34,945 bases of DNA from Haplodiscus bocki (lineage: Eukaryota), in NCBI GenBank assembly GCA_965655095.1, contig OZ296655.1, positions 70,990,001 through 71,024,945 on the forward strand. Reading direction: 5' to 3'. The notes below the pieces were generated by a model, which searched no databases, was not told where the DNA came from, and saw nothing but the letters and a program-made list of their open reading frames with translations. Each line of letters starts with the position of its first letter. Within the stretch, counting starts at the first letter, position 1. The position numbers and the translations under genes are program-made. Shown here one piece after another: positions 34,855 to 34,945 of the stretch.

Positions 34855-34945
34855 ATGGAATTGTCGGTTTTTATTGAGTTTGCTCAACTATTTCCAGACA
34901 AAACACTCTGCTCTCATACAAACTTTCTACTACCGAAGCACCTGA
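34855..34945 (+). pseudogene. N-terminus of Polinton minor capsid (penton) protein, truncated by the window edge
   Basis: MELSVFIEFAQLFPDKTLCSHTNFLLP resembles the F.I.L.SN.S...FP.NT.S.F...LP start of Polinton minor capsid proteins. It begins 2 nt after the integrase stop. Confidence 0.6.

Larger units (their letters stand above)
18573..34945. mobile_element. Polinton/Maverick (endogenous polintovirus), decayed, continues past the right edge
   Basis: pPolB (minus strand) co-occurs with a packaging ATPase, rve integrase and minor capsid start (plus strand), the hallmark Polinton gene set. The left boundary is tentative. Confidence 0.9.

Overview
This is AT-rich, eukaryote-style DNA made almost entirely of decayed mobile and viral elements. 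I found no convincing intact host gene, RNA gene or CRISPR array. From left to right: (1) a frameshifted class III-type (chuvirus/herpes gB-like) envelope glycoprotein gene (32-~2600), followed by several kb of unassignable decayed coding sequence and a possible LTR; (2) more decayed accessory ORFs in both orientations (~7300-10900); (3) a CR1-group LINE with endonuclease, RT and 3' tail (~11760-15292); (4) a probable solo LTR (15963-16745); (5) a zinc-finger fragment; (6) a decayed Polinton/Maverick from ~18570 to past the window end. The Polinton carries a protein-primed PolB (N-terminal zinc fingers, Vsr-like insert), a tandemly duplicated accessory block, a ~31-bp minisatellite, PC4-like and DEDD exonuclease-like genes, a small membrane protein, a packaging ATPase, an rve integrase and the start of the minor capsid protein. 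The most unusual structure is a 170-bp, ~93% identical inverted repeat shared by two convergent Polinton accessory reading frames; it flanks a 556-bp segment whose inversion would swap their C-termini. All family calls come from motif recognition by eye across frameshifts, with no database searches, and most boundaries are approximate.
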